This document shows, piece after piece, positions 35,382 to 48,269 of a stretch of 64,000 nucleotides of DNA (position 1 is the first letter of the stretch; each line of letters begins with the position of its first letter). The position numbers were made by a program, and so were the translations under genes. Source of the DNA: Malacoraja senta (taxonomy: Eukaryota); assembly GCA_038087875.1 (NCBI GenBank), contig CM075977.1, positions 279,000,001 through 279,064,000 on the forward strand, read 5' to 3'. The notes below the pieces were generated by a model that searched no databases, was not told the origin of the DNA, and worked only from the letters and a program-made list of their open reading frames with translations.

Positions 35382-35580
35382 CAGATGCTCCCCGATTTAC
35401 GGTGCTTCGACTTGCGATATTTTGACTTTACTATCGGCAAACGCTTGGCGACGGCAGCGAGCCGCACGTCACTTCCGGTCACGTGATCGTATTGGAGTAA
35501 ATGCGTTTTCGACTTGCGATATTTTTGATTTACGATGGGCTTACCGGAACGTAACCCCATAGTAGGTCGAGGAGCAGCTG
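35382..35580. mobile_element. Tc1/mariner-superfamily (Tigger/pogo-like) MITE, TA TSD
   Basis: ta|cagatgctccccgatttac...gtaggtcgaggagcagctg|ta; splits a gtgacaataaagta-tcattc tail (empty form ~43241-43265). Confidence 0.85.
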
Positions 35581-36174
35581 TATCATTCATTCTTTCATTT
35601 TTAATTTAACCACAATCTGAAAGCACGTCCACAGAAAGAACATAAGAAATTGGAGCCAGGTTGGACCATTGCATACCTTACAGCCCCTTTCCCCTGGTCT
35701 TGAACACCATTTTCCTTCGCGGCTCCATAACCCCCTGGTTTATCCGGTACCCAGAAATACACCAATTTTGTCTTTTGATGAAATCAGTGACTAAGCTTCC
35801 ACATTGCTTGGAGGGAGGAAAAACAATTCCACAGATTTACCACAGTTTGAGTAAAACGATATCTCTTCATTCCTATCCAAGATAGCCTTTGAGGATGTGA
35901 CCTCTGGTTTCAGACTTCCCATCCATGGGAAACATCCTTCCCGTGTCATCCTCATGATGTCAAGGTGGGGGAGGGGGGGGGGGGGGTTAGCCTGCAAGTG
36001 AAATGGCATGAAGTAGGTGGGTGGGAACAGTAGGAGGGGAGAAAATGGATGATGGGAGTGGAAGAAGAAAAGAGGACAAAGCAAATGGGCGGAATGGAGG
36101 GAGACAGAGGCAATAAAAGTAGACTGGAGGGTTATCTTTTTGCAGGATTATTATTTGTTTATTTTTATGTGCAT

Positions 36175-36194
36175 ATGTGTGTGTGTGGGTGTGT

Positions 36195-36232
<38 letters not shown>
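36175..36232. repeat. (GT)n microsatellite
   Basis: Direct sequence. Confidence 0.9.
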
Positions 36233-36234
<2 letters not shown>

Positions 36235-39200
36235 TATATATACATCCACATACATGTATGTACACCAACACCTCTGTGTTTGTGCCTAAAATTGGATAAT
36301 TCAGTAAATGATCTAGCATTGGCTTGTACATTACCAGGCAGAATACGAGGTGCTGTTCCTCTAGTTTGCATTCGTCAAAAGTCAAGAGAGTCAAGAGTGT
36401 TTTAATGTCATATGTACCAGACATTTTTTACTTACAGCAGCACAACAGAATGTGTATATATAGTACGCTGTAAACAAAATAATAAACGAGAAAAACAGGT
36501 GCACACACACACGTTTGTGTACATGTATGTTTGTATATACATACACACACATATATATGTATATATCTATACACACACATATACACACATACATTCACAC
36601 ACAGACACGTACACATAAAAACAAACAATAATAGTGCAAAAAGACAAAAGAGAAGGAATGGGTGGGGTTTCAGGTCTAAACCCTTCTCCAGACTGACCAG
36701 TCTGAAGAAGGATTTCGACCCGACACTCCAGAGATGCTGCCTGCCCCGCTGAATTACTCCAGCATTTTGTGCCTCTTTGGTGTAAGCCAGCATCTGCAGT
36801 TCCATCCGACACATTGAGAGCCAGGTTGTTGTGCTGGCACCATTTGGTCAATCGGTCGATCTCACTTCTATACTCTGACTCATCACCATCTGTAATTCAT
36901 CCAACACCGGTGGTGTCGTCTTCGAACTTGAGGATGGAGTTCGCACTGTGTCCGGCTACACAGTCGTGAGTGTAGAATGAGTAGAGCAGGGGCTGACCAT
37001 TATGCCTCTCCCTGGTAATGGTGAAGGCGGAGGGAGGGATGGACAAGTCGGTGTGGGAATGTGAAGGAATTAAAATGTCATGAAACAAGAGCTCCTGAAG
37101 GCCATTGCAGACAGACAGGAAATGCTCTGTAATTTGGTCACCTAGTCAACACATGCTCTTGACCACATGGAGGAAGCCACATCGGGAGCATTGTGGGATA
37201 TGGGGAGAAGGCAGGAACGGGGTACTGATTGTGGATGATCAGCCATGATCATATTGAGTGTGTGCTGGCTTGAAGGGCCGAATGGCCTACTCCTGCACCT
37301 ATTGTCTAAATGCAACAAACAGGATTGGAGGAGATACATGTGAATCTTTGCCTCACCTGGAACGGCTGGCGGTGGTGAAGAAGGAGGTATAGGAGCAAGT
37401 ATTGCACCTCCTGCAGTTTCAGGGGAAAGTGCCAAGGGTCAGTTAGGGAGTTGGGGGAGGGACAAGCAGGCCAGGGAGTCATAGAGGGAATGTCCCAATA
37501 GAAGGCAGACAAGGATAGGGAAGAGAAGACATGGTTGATGGTGGAAACTCATTGCAGCTGCTAGAAATGACACAAGGATGAGCTGGATGCTGACGCTACT
37601 GATGAAAGGCAAGAACTCTATCTCTGTTCTGTCTGGAGCGGTGGGGTGAGAGAAGAGTTCTGGAAGGAGAATGCAAGAGGAGCCAGCCGGGAGATCATCA
37701 GTAAAATCCAGCTGAGGTAATACAGGGCTGGAGAGCCCGAGATGAGCCATGGCAGTGACACAAACAAATTACGCGACGGAGATAGCAATAAGTGGCCTCG
37801 CTAGTGCAGTGGACATGAGTCCGAAGGTTTAGTTCAGGATCAAATTGGCCACCATTGGTAGCAACTCTTCTTTTGAGTACACATGGCACTTCAGGTACAA
37901 ATTCAGGTCAACTCTATCTTGCACGAGAAGCATAACAGTTTTTTTAGTGGCAAGATTCCTTCATCAATCTGGAATCTCTCTCTTTATCACATCGAGAGGA
38001 GAAACTAGTTGCTTTGAGGTGGGAGGGGTCCAAAATTAGATACATTACACAAATGGCTATCCAGGGCGATTTTAGATAGAATGACTTCACTCACGGATAG
38101 TGGAAATCCCTGCCGTGGCTCATCACAGGCTTTCTAGCCCTTTATAACCTTTTCTCCTGCCTTGCATTCTCCTGCCAGAACTCTTAAGAACGACTTAATG
38201 GCCCTGTCCCACGATGCGAGTTCATTCAAGAGGTCTCCCGAGTTAAAAAAAAAAACCCACGCGGTCACGGGGAGAACGTACAAACACCGTACAGACAGCA
38301 CCCGAAGTCGGGATCGAACCTGGGTCTCCGGTGCTGCGAGGCAGCAACTGCACCGCTGCGCCACCGTGACCACCATAGGTTGTCCAAGTCTGGATATTTA
38401 TAGTGAGTAGCAGAGACACAACAAAGGGCCCAATGGAGGTATGACAATAAAAGATTGGAGTCCGCAGCACGCAGTTGGATGTTCACCCCTGTGAACGATA
38501 CTGCCGTGTTATGTGCTCACGGAAGAGCAGATGGCCAAGGATGGATCGTAATGAGTTTGCAAAGGCATTAATTCTTTACAATTTCTACGAGCCTCTCAGC
38601 CATCCAATATTCTTAGTACCTGAAATAATTCTTACTCATGTATTAATATCTGCCCAACCCAAAAGGGTCGGCGGAAAGAGCAATTTGAAGGATAAATAAT
38701 TATGATGAACTGGATTCAAGTCAAGAGTGTTTTATTGTCATATGTCCCAGAAAGAACAATTAAATTCTTACTTGCAGCAGCACAACAGGATATGTAAACA
38801 TAGTACACTGTAAACAATATGATAAACAAGAAAAAAAGGGGTATACACACACATATACACACACAATATTTTTTTATACACATACATACACACAGAAAAC
38901 AAACAAACGTGTAGTTCAGAGTTTATTTGGAGGTTGTAGTGTCCAATAGCCTAATGGCTGTAGGGCCCTCTGGCAGGCAAACCCAGGAATTACTGGATGT
39001 TATTTTCTGTCCAGTTGCATGTTTGCTTGAGATATGGAGTAAAGAAAGTTCTTGAATCATTTCCAGTTTAACTCTGAAAACCACCAGACTATTTATGCCA
39101 ATTGCTCATCTTAAATGTACAAGTCAAAAAACCTGAGTTTTAGTTGTCAGATTTTTCGTGCAGAAATGTGGCCCATGAAAGTACACGTTCATTTTACAAA

Positions 39201-39991
39201 TTGGCAACCTGTTCCGAGATAACATCAGAAACTGAGATTATAATAAGTGAACTTCTCTTAAGATCTCCTGATGATTCTGTAATTCCCCGAGAGTTACTCC
39301 ACCCTCATCCACCTGCTCTGGCTGCATTCAAAAATCGCAACAGTCTGGCTTGGCAGCCTTTGAATCTGCCAGAACCATTTGTTAATCACCCTTAATTCAA
39401 TTTGGTCCATGTGCTGCAAGCTTTTGACTGTTTTGAAGCTTTGGTTTATATTGCTGACTTCAGCAATTGGCAAAGGGGCAAGATTTAGTACATAAATTCT
39501 GTTACATATGTGTCATGTGCAATATGTGCTGGGAACTATCATAACTGTTTTAGGGCTGTACCGCAATCTGAACTGTATCAAATGACCAACTGCTCTGTTG
39601 CAATGTTGTTTAGTGTGGAAGAAAGCCACAATGCGAAATGGTGCCCTGAGACCATTAATATAAAATGAAAAAAAGTTTACAAAGTACCTTTGTTATTATT
39701 TTGAATTACTGGCCATTTTCCAATATGTTAGAGAGATTATGAGACAGGTTCAGCAGGGTGGGGGGGGTACGCACTTTAGTAAATAGGACAGAAATGGTGA
39801 ATTCCAATGTTAAACATCCAAGCTGCCAAAGTGCAAATGGAACTGCAGACATGTTATTGAGCATAGATTACAGAGCAATCAAGTATACTAGAGAGAGTCA
39901 TAGAGACATACAGCATAGAAACAGACTGAAAAAAGCAGACATCAACAGAAAAAAAGTCCATCCTATCACAGCACAAGAATTAGCAAAGTAG

Positions 39992-40520
39992 TTTAAGAAG
40001 GAACTGCAGATATTTGAAAATCGAAGGTAGACAAAAATGCTGGAGAAACTCAGCGGGTGAGGCAGCATCTACGGGGCGAAGGAAATAGGCAACGTTTTGG
40101 GCCGAAACCCTTCTTCAGACCGATGTGAGGGTTGGGGGAGGGTGGGGGGGGAAGAAGAAAGGAAGAGGAGGAGCCAGTGGGCTGAGAAGGGGAGGAGAAA
40201 GTAAGGAGTACCTGAAATTAGAGAAGTCAATGTTCATATCGCTGGGGTGCAGACTGCCCAAGTGAAATATGAGGTGTTGCTCCTCCAATTTACGGTGGTC
40301 CTCACTCTGGCCATGGAGGAGGCCCAGGACAGAAAGGTTGGATTCGGAATGGAAGGGGGAGTTGAAGTGCTGAGCCACCGGGAGGTCAGGTTGGTTATTG
40401 CAAACCGAGCGGAGGTGTTCGGCGAAGCGATCGCCAAGCCTACGCTTGGTCTCACCGATGTAGAGCAGCTCTCATCTAGGGCAGCGGATGCAATAGATGA
40501 GGTTGGAGGAGGTGCAGGTA
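39992..40520 (-). mobile_element. Penelope-like element 3' part (GIY-YIG plus pLTR)
   Basis: ORF 40115..40378 AQHFNSP..LSVLGLLHGQSE..KLEEQHLIFHLGSLHP.DMNIDF. Confidence 0.9.
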
Positions 40521-41319
40521 ATTTAAAGCAGTAACAATATTTCACCAACATCATGAGCAAAACAGGAAAAAGGAAACGTTTGTCTTAATGCAGTTTTGAT
40601 TGCAGGGTGGTCACAAACCTGAAACATCAGGATACCACCCATTCATCCTCCACCGATTCCTGCCCTGTAACGCCCATTCGATCATTCAGATTATTCACTG
40701 CCAGTTTATCAGCATGAATTCCTGCACATTAATACAGGGTTGTCTCTCCTCACTGCTTGATCGGTGCAAACTTTTCATCCCTATACTTCAATCAAAGTAT
40801 TCAAGCATGAGATTGTGCTCAAATAAGCACCATGTCCACTGAAACAGGCCCTTTGGTCCACTCATCCATGCCGACCAAGACGACCCATCTAAACTAGTCC
40901 TATTTCCCTGTTTGGCCGTATCCCACTCGATCTTTGCTATCCATGTACTTATACAAATGTCTTTTAAATGTTGTTACCGTACAATTACTTCATTTGCCAG
41001 CTGGTTTCATATACCGATTACCTTCTGAGCCCATCAAGATCCTATTAAATCTTTCCCTTAAATCTACGCTCTCTAGTTCTTGATTCCTCTAGCCTGGGAA
41101 AAAGACTGTACATTCACCCCATCTATTCTCTCATGATTTTATACACCTCACCAGATCACCACACTGGCACTCCAAGGAATAAACTCCTAACCTGCACAAC
41201 CTCTCCCTGTTGCTCAGGCTCTCGAGCTCTGACAACATGCTTGTAAATCTTCTCTGCCCCCTTTCCAGCTTAATGGCATCTTTGGCATCAGGGTGACCAA
41301 AACTTAAAACAATACCCCA

Positions 41320-41556
41320 AGAGCCTGTCCCACTTGCCGATTTTTTTCAGCGACTGCCGGCATCATTGACGGACGTATCAGGTCACCGAAAAATGCGCGG
41401 CGTGATGCGGCGTGATGACGTACGACGCGCGGTGTTTTCTCAAGTGTCGCAACATTTTTTTTGTCACTGCTGGATTTTGAAATGTTCAAAGTCTTTTGGC
41501 AAAACTGATATGACTCCGGCAGTTGCCGAAAAAAATCGCCAAGTGGGACAGGCCTT
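41320..41556. mobile_element. Harbinger-like MITE, 237 bp
   Basis: agagcctgtcccacttgccgattttttt...aaaaaaatcgccaagtgggacaggcctt|taa; ~45-bp imperfect TIRs; splits an old minus-strand CR1 (~40840-41620). Confidence 0.8.
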
Positions 41557-42344
41557 TAACATCTTACACGACTGTAACAAAATGTCCCAACTTCTGTACT
41601 CAATTCCCCGACATCCAGCAGCAAGATTACTGCACAAGAGAGATCAAGGCTGCGGGTCTTGGCATGGATTGCAGACTGGCTAATCAACAAGTAACTGGTG
41701 AGGTACCAGTGTATCAGTGCTATTTACATTCTTTAATCAGCGACTTGCAGGAAGGGTTTTAAGTGTACCGTAGCAAAATATGCTGATGATACCAAAAAAA
41801 AGAGGAAATATGTTGGCAAGTTGCAAAGAGCACACAAAGTGCCTGGAAAGTGGTATAGATGATTACAATGAGTGGGCAGGAAATTGATAAGTGGCTTGAA
41901 AATGCAGGAAAATGTGACGTTGATCACTTTAGATGGAGTGAAACTGCAAATGATACCAGAGGAAGTGGTAGAGGCAAATATAATAACAACATTCAAAGAC
42001 ATTTTGACAGGTACATGAATAGAAAAGGTTTGGAGGGATATTGCTCTAGTGTGAGCAAATGAGACTAGCTTAGATGGTCGTCGTGATCTGTATGCGCATG
42101 TTGGACCAAGGGCAGACGTATAAAGCTGGAGTAACTCAGTGGATCAGACAGCATCACCGGGGAAAAGGAATAGGTGACATTTCGGGTCGAGCCCTTCTTC
42201 AGACCAAGGGCCTGCTTCCGTGCTGTATGACTATGCAGTACTAAGTATTCTGCAGGTCATAGTGCAAAGGTTTGGCTCGTAGGTGCAGGAAATAATTTGG
42301 CAGACCTATGGAATATTTGCCTTTAATGGGTAAAACAAAGGCAG

Positions 42345-43140
42345 ATCTGGAGCGGATCGATTAACCAAATGGTGCCAACACAATAACCTGGCTCTCAACA
42401 CCAGCAAAACCAAGGAACTGATTGTGGACTTTGGAAGGGGTAGGATAGGGACCCACAATCCCTTTTACATCAACGGGACGATGGTGGAAAGGGTCAAGAA
42501 CTTCGAATTCCTGGGCGTGCACATTTCCAAAGATCTTTCCTGTTCCCAACACACTGATGCAATCATAAAGAAAGCACATCGGTGCCTTTACTTCCTAAGA
42601 CAACGGAGAGTCGGCATGTCAAGGAGGACTCTCTCGAACTTCTACAGGTGCACAGTAGAGAGCACGCTGACTGGTTGCATCGTGGCTTGGTTCGGCAACT
42701 TGAACGTCCAGGAGCGGAAAAGATGCAGAATGTTGTGACCACTGCCCAGTCCATCATCGGCTCTGACCTCCCCACCATCGAAGGGATCTATCGCAGTCGC
42801 TGCCTCAAAAAGGCTGCCAACATCATCAAGGACCCACACCATCCTGGCCACGCACTCATCTCTCCGCTACCATCGGGCAGAAGGTACAGGAGCCTGAAAT
42901 CTGTTACATGCAGGTTCAGGAACATCTTCTTCCCCACAGCCATCAGGCTATAAAACTCGCCAACAAACAGACTCTGAACTGTAACAGCCTATTGCACTTT
43001 ATCTGCTTATTTATGTGTATATTGAACTGAACTGTTCTGTATTTTTGTTTACAATACTATGTTGTGCTGCAGCAAGCAAGAATTCCATTGTCCTATCTGG
43101 AACACATGACAATAAACTCTCTTGACTTGACTTGACTTGG
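42345..43140 (+). mobile_element. Rex1/Babar LINE 3' fragment (RT C-terminus, frameshifted)
   Basis: WCQHNNLALNTSKTKELIVDF..VERVKNFEFLGVHIS..LYFLR..RCLKKAANIIKDPHHP; (cttga)n tail. Confidence 0.9.
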
Positions 43141-44071
43141 ATACTGCATATTCTTTGTAACTTTGTCGGTGCCCTTTATGTGGCGACTATTGGCATACGC
43201 CGGGTATGCAAGCAAAGAATTTCACTGTGACTTGTCACATGTGACACTAAAGTATTCATTCATTCATGTTAATATCAGCTATATCTTCATAACACTGTTC
43301 TGTTTTCATGTGGAAATTAAAATTGACCTCAGTGTCCTCAGTGATGCTTGAAATTTAATTAAACTACCAGATACAGATGCCAGATTCTACAGCTCTGCAT
43401 CTGCAATTCCCAACAACCATAAAGCTCTTGAACACTCAATTATGAACTAAAGTCATAAGGAATAGGAGTAGAATTAGGCCATTCAGCCCGTCAAGTCTTC
43501 TCCACCATTCAATCATGGCCGATCTATATCTCCCTCCTAACCCCATTCTCCTGCCTTCCCCTCATAACCTCTGACACCTGTTCTAATCAAGAATCTACAT
43601 ACTTGTTTTGGTTGCACTAGGGATTTTTTTGCATTAATTTGTTTCCCAACATTTTCAGTACAATTAACAAATAAACGCTCTTGACTCTGCATGTTTCCAG
43701 AGACATATTATTGTCCGCTGAAGAACACTAAGCTGTGGTAGGAAACATTCAAATGCTGACAAGTTACCCCAATTATTTCTTGGGTTAGGCAATCCAAATT
43801 TTCGCCACCCTTTGGTAAACAAGTGTCAACAGAAGTTCAGTTGGATCTATAACTCCCTCCTAACCCCATTTTCCTGCCTTCTCCCAATAAACCCCCTGAC
43901 ACCAGTACCAATCAAGAATCTATCTATCTCTGCCTTACAAAATATCCATTGACTTGGCCTCCACAATGAATTCCACAAGCAGGCTGATGTGCTGGCAGGT
44001 GGCGGAACAAGTCTCAGAGCTTCCTGTGCACATTCCCATTTGCAGGCAATAGCTAAGGCTTCCTCCATGTT

Positions 44072-44438
44072 CATGAAAGGCTTGGATAGAGTGGATGTGG
44101 AGAGGATGTTTCCACTAGTGGGAGAGTCTAGGACCAGAGGTCATAGCCTCAGAATTAAAGGATGTTCTTTTAAGATGATGAGGAGGAATTTTTTTAGTCA
44201 GAGGATGGCGAATCTGTGGAATTCCTTGCCACAGAAGGCTGTGGAGGCCACGTCAATGGATATTTTTAAGGCAGAAATAGATAGATTCTTGATTAGTGCG
44301 GGTGTCAGGAGATATGGGGAGAAGGCAGGAGAATGTGGTTAGGAGGGAGAGATAGATCAGCCATTATTGAATGGCGGAGTAGACTTGATGGGCTGAATGT
44401 CCTTATTCTACTCCCCATCATTTATGACCTTATGACTT
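44072..44438 (+). mobile_element. CR1 LINE 3' fragment
   Basis: KGLDRVDVERMFPLVGESRTRGHSL..WNSLP. Confidence 0.9.
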
Positions 44439-45669
44439 TAACGTCGGAGTATGGGATTTACTTTCAGCGCCTTTTTAGAAATTCAAACACAATTTCTAGG
44501 CTGCCTGTAGCACACCTTACTATTGGTGTTGATGGGGCATTGTTAAATGGTAGAACAGGTTTGAGGGTCTGAGTGGCCTACTCCAGCTCTGGATTTCAAC
44601 ATTTATTTAAAACATCCCCCAAGACCATTTCAAACATCACCATATATATGTCTGTGTTCTGGCCAATATTTACCCCTCATCACAAAAGGATGTTATCATC
44701 ACTGCACCCGTGGAAAGTGGTGATGTGCCAATCTCCTTCATTACAGCAGTAACCACAGTTTCAAATAGGCAATCTAAATTAAAAGGCAAACATTGCTGGG
44801 AATGACCTATGTGGAAAGAGAAAGAGTTAACTTTTCCTGTCCATTCATCAAAAGGTAATCTGCAGTGCAGGGCTGAAATATATAGCAGAATATGGGGTTT
44901 TTTTCTTGCACCAAAGTCAACAATAAAAGAAACTCATCTGTGGTGAGATGTATGGCCCTGAATTTCTGTGGTTGTGTTGACTTCTGGCAAACAGATTACT
45001 TTTCAAAAGTTCCACGAGGTTCACTTGGAGAGTCCGTGAACCACTGTACAAGTTCAGCAATGCAGTAAAAAGCAGAGCTTACTTTCAACACATTACATTA
45101 GTTGGCGTAGGAAGGAACTGCGGATGCTAGTCTGCACCGAAGGTGGACACAAAATGCCGGAGTAACTTAGCAGCATCTCTGGAGAGAAAGAATGGGTAAC
45201 ATTTCGAGCCGAGACCCTTCTTCACATTAGTTAATATATTTGTATGGTTATTATATTCATAGCATGAGGCAAAGGTGTGAGGGATTGGAGGATATCATGA
45301 CCAAAAGAACCAGTCTAGAGTAGGGGCCCTTCCCGAAATGTTGTCTGCCCATTTCCTTCCACCAATGCTGCCTGACCCACTTAATTCCACCACCAGCTTG
45401 TTTCTAAACCAAAAACCTTTCAATTTGTTAACAATCATCTGATTTAAGTTTTCTAGGGAGGGGGAAATAAAACATTTTGAAAAATATTTTAAAATGTTAA
45501 TCATCATGCGAGTGTCCTTGAATGCCAGCCGTTGTTATCTTCAATCTCAAACAGTGATTTCAAGAAAAGAACTGAAAGAATATCGATGTTAACAGGTCAA
45601 TGTCTACATTCAGGGGGTGGTGAATCTGTGGAATTCTTTGCCACAGAAGGCTGTGGAGGGCCAGTCATT

Positions 45670-46039
45670 ACTTACTTACTGCCTATTATGCCTCCTGGCA
45701 TGTAGGGCAGCAACGAAGGTCCTCCACTCCTGTCTGTTCTGGGCTAGTTTCTGGACACTACCCCATGTCAGGTAGCCCTGGACGTCCATCACGCCCAGTA
45801 GTGTTGATTCCTTCAGTTGCTGTTTCCATAACATATTTGTTTTACAAGACAGGGTTGTTAGCCCTGTGCTCAACCTCCAACCTGGAGGACCAGTGGATCG
45901 CTCTTCATCTCGCCTCTACCCTTCGACCTGTCCAGCATGGGAGACCCTAACAGGAGACGAATCTCCCGCTGGCATAGCTCTAGGGGTCACGGATCCACAC
46001 AAGCTCCCCGACCACGACAAGGTTGCAATCCAACGGGGA
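45670..46039 (-). mobile_element. Bipartite RTE-derived non-autonomous retroposon (5' UTR fused to 3' end)
   Basis: Minus strand: ccttgtcgtgg...gagctatgcc...ggacaggtc...ccactggtcctccagg (RTE 5' UTR motifs), then LAQNRQEWRTFV and (TAAG)n; TSD gccagtcatt at 45660-45669 and 46040-46049. Confidence 0.85.
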
Positions 46040-46194
46040 GCCAGTCATTGGATATTTTTAAAAACAGAGATAGATAGAATCTTCATTAGTATGGGTGTCA
46101 GGAGCTATGGGGAGAAGGCAGGAGAATGGGGTTAGGAGGGAGATAGATCAGCCATGACTGAATGACGGAGTAGACTTGATGGGCCGAATGGCCA

Positions 46195-46655
46195 TTGTGA
46201 CAAAGAATTCCACAGATTCACCACCCTCCGACTAAAAAAAAATTCCTCCTCATCTCCTTCCCAAAGGAACGTCCTTTAAACCCGAGGCTATGACCTCTAA
46301 TGCTAGACTCCCAGACTGGTGGAAACATCTTCTCCACATCCACTCTATCCAAGCCTTTCTCTATCGAGTACGTTTCAATGAGGTCACTCCTCATTCTTCT
46401 AAACTCCAGCGAGTACAGGCCCAGTGCCGTCAAACACTCATCATATGTTAACCCACTCACCCCTGGGATCATTCTTGTAAATGATCTGGACTCCTTCCAG
46501 AGCCAGCACATCCTTCCTCAGATACGATGCCCAAAATTGCTCACAGATGCGGCCTGGCCAATGCTTTATAGAGCCTCAGCATTTTTACATTCCCTGTTTT
46601 TGTATTCTAGCCCTCTTGAAATAAATGCTACCATTGAGTTTGTCTTCTTTACTAC
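46195..46655 (-). mobile_element. CR1 LINE 3' fragment
   Basis: ORF 46218..46511 FTRMIPG..LGLYSLEFRRMRSDLIE. Confidence 0.85.
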
Positions 46656-47429
46656 CGATGGCCGATGTGGACAAGTTGGGCCGAAGGGCCCTTTTCCATG
46701 CTGTATCACTCTGTGACTCTATTGCTCTAAAATGCAACAGGGGAAAAAAGCTTAAGTTGCTAAGCTAGTATATGTTGTGTTCTTTGGCTCAAATTCAGTT
46801 CAAGACATGATATGAAAAACAATGGCTGCTGTTTGTATTCAGATCCCCCAATGAATGGAAATGTAAAACCATCGACCGATATAATCGCTTCCACAAATCC
46901 TTTTGACCTGCTTAACTAGGTGATGGAGGACTCAAAGCATCAATGTGAACATAAACAGTACACTTAATTTTGCCACGGCCAACAAAAACATTTTTATTTT
47001 ACACCACTCAGACAAAAAAACGTCTTTAACTGAAAGACTCACCATTTCTGTAAAGGTTAATCACACACACGACAGAACTGTCAGTGTGGAGACTCACTGA
47101 CAGATAATAAACTTATGCTGATTAAATCTAAAGCAATAAGCTCCCATTATTAATCACAACCTCCCACAAGCACCAGATAGGAGAAAAAGAATTACCATAA
47201 AAGAGAGGTTAAATAACCACAAAAATCTTGAGTTTTCATTAGTATGGACTTACAGTCATGCTAATAGCAGTCAATAAAACTCTTATGCTTACCAGTGTAG
47301 GAAGGAACTGCAGATGCTGGTTTGAACTGAAGATAGACACAAAATGCTGGAGTAACTCAGCGGGACAGGCAGCATCTCTGGAGAGAAGGAATGTGTGATG
47401 TTTCGGGTCAGGACCCTTCTTCAGCCCTC

Positions 47430-48190
47430 TTATGAATCTTTTTGCACTCCTTCCAGTTTAATTACATATTTTTTATAGCAGAGTGACTAGAATTGAATGC
47501 AATACTCCAAGTGCAGCCACAATGATGTCTCATATAGCTACATCCCAACTTCTATACTCAATACCCTTGTTGATGAAGGTCAGTGTGCCAAAGGCCTTTT
47601 TCACTACCTGATGAGTCCGCTTTTAGGAATGAAAGTGTATGCTACTTGGCCCCTCATTTCCACAACACTCCCCAGAGTCCTACTGTTCACTGTGAAGGTC
47701 TTATGATTTATACTTCCTAAAATACAACCCCTCATACATATCTGATTTAAACTCCATTTGCCATTCCTTGGCTCACTTAACTAGCATCAAGATCACACTA
47801 ATTCTTGATAACCTTCTTCACAGTCTTCAATATCACCTATTTAAGTGTCATCTGCAAAGTTACTCACCATGCCTTGTACGAGCTCATCGAAATCATGACT
47901 TTAGATGACAAACAAAGGCCTCAGCCCTGAACTGTGAGGAACACCTCAAGTCATGTCTGAAATAAACCTCCCACCATCACCCTGTTTCCTACCATCAAGC
48001 CAAGTATGTCTCCAATTAGCCAAATTGTCCTGGTTTCCACATGATCTAACCTACCATTTGGAACCCGAACAAAGGCCTTTCTAAAATCCATATAGACTAT
48101 GCCCACCATCCTGCTCTTATAGACCTCCTTGATTGCATTTAAAAATAAGCAATGAGACGTGATCTCTCATGCACAAAGCTGTGGTGAATA
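47430..48190 (-). mobile_element. Old CR1 ORF2 fragment
   Basis: Degenerate FADDT (gtgtcatctgcaaa) and VPHSSGL-type remnants on the minus strand. Confidence 0.6.
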
Positions 48191-48269
48191 TCCCTGACCT
48201 ACTCTCAGCCAGAACTCCAGCGCTTTCCTCTTTATCTTCCTACAACGTTCCTGGGTGCATTTCATTGTA

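Noticed and set aside
33798-36851. His/Thr/Val/Cys/Tyr-rich ORFs
   Set aside because: Translations of (CA)n/(TA)n microsatellites in Rex1-type 3' UTRs.
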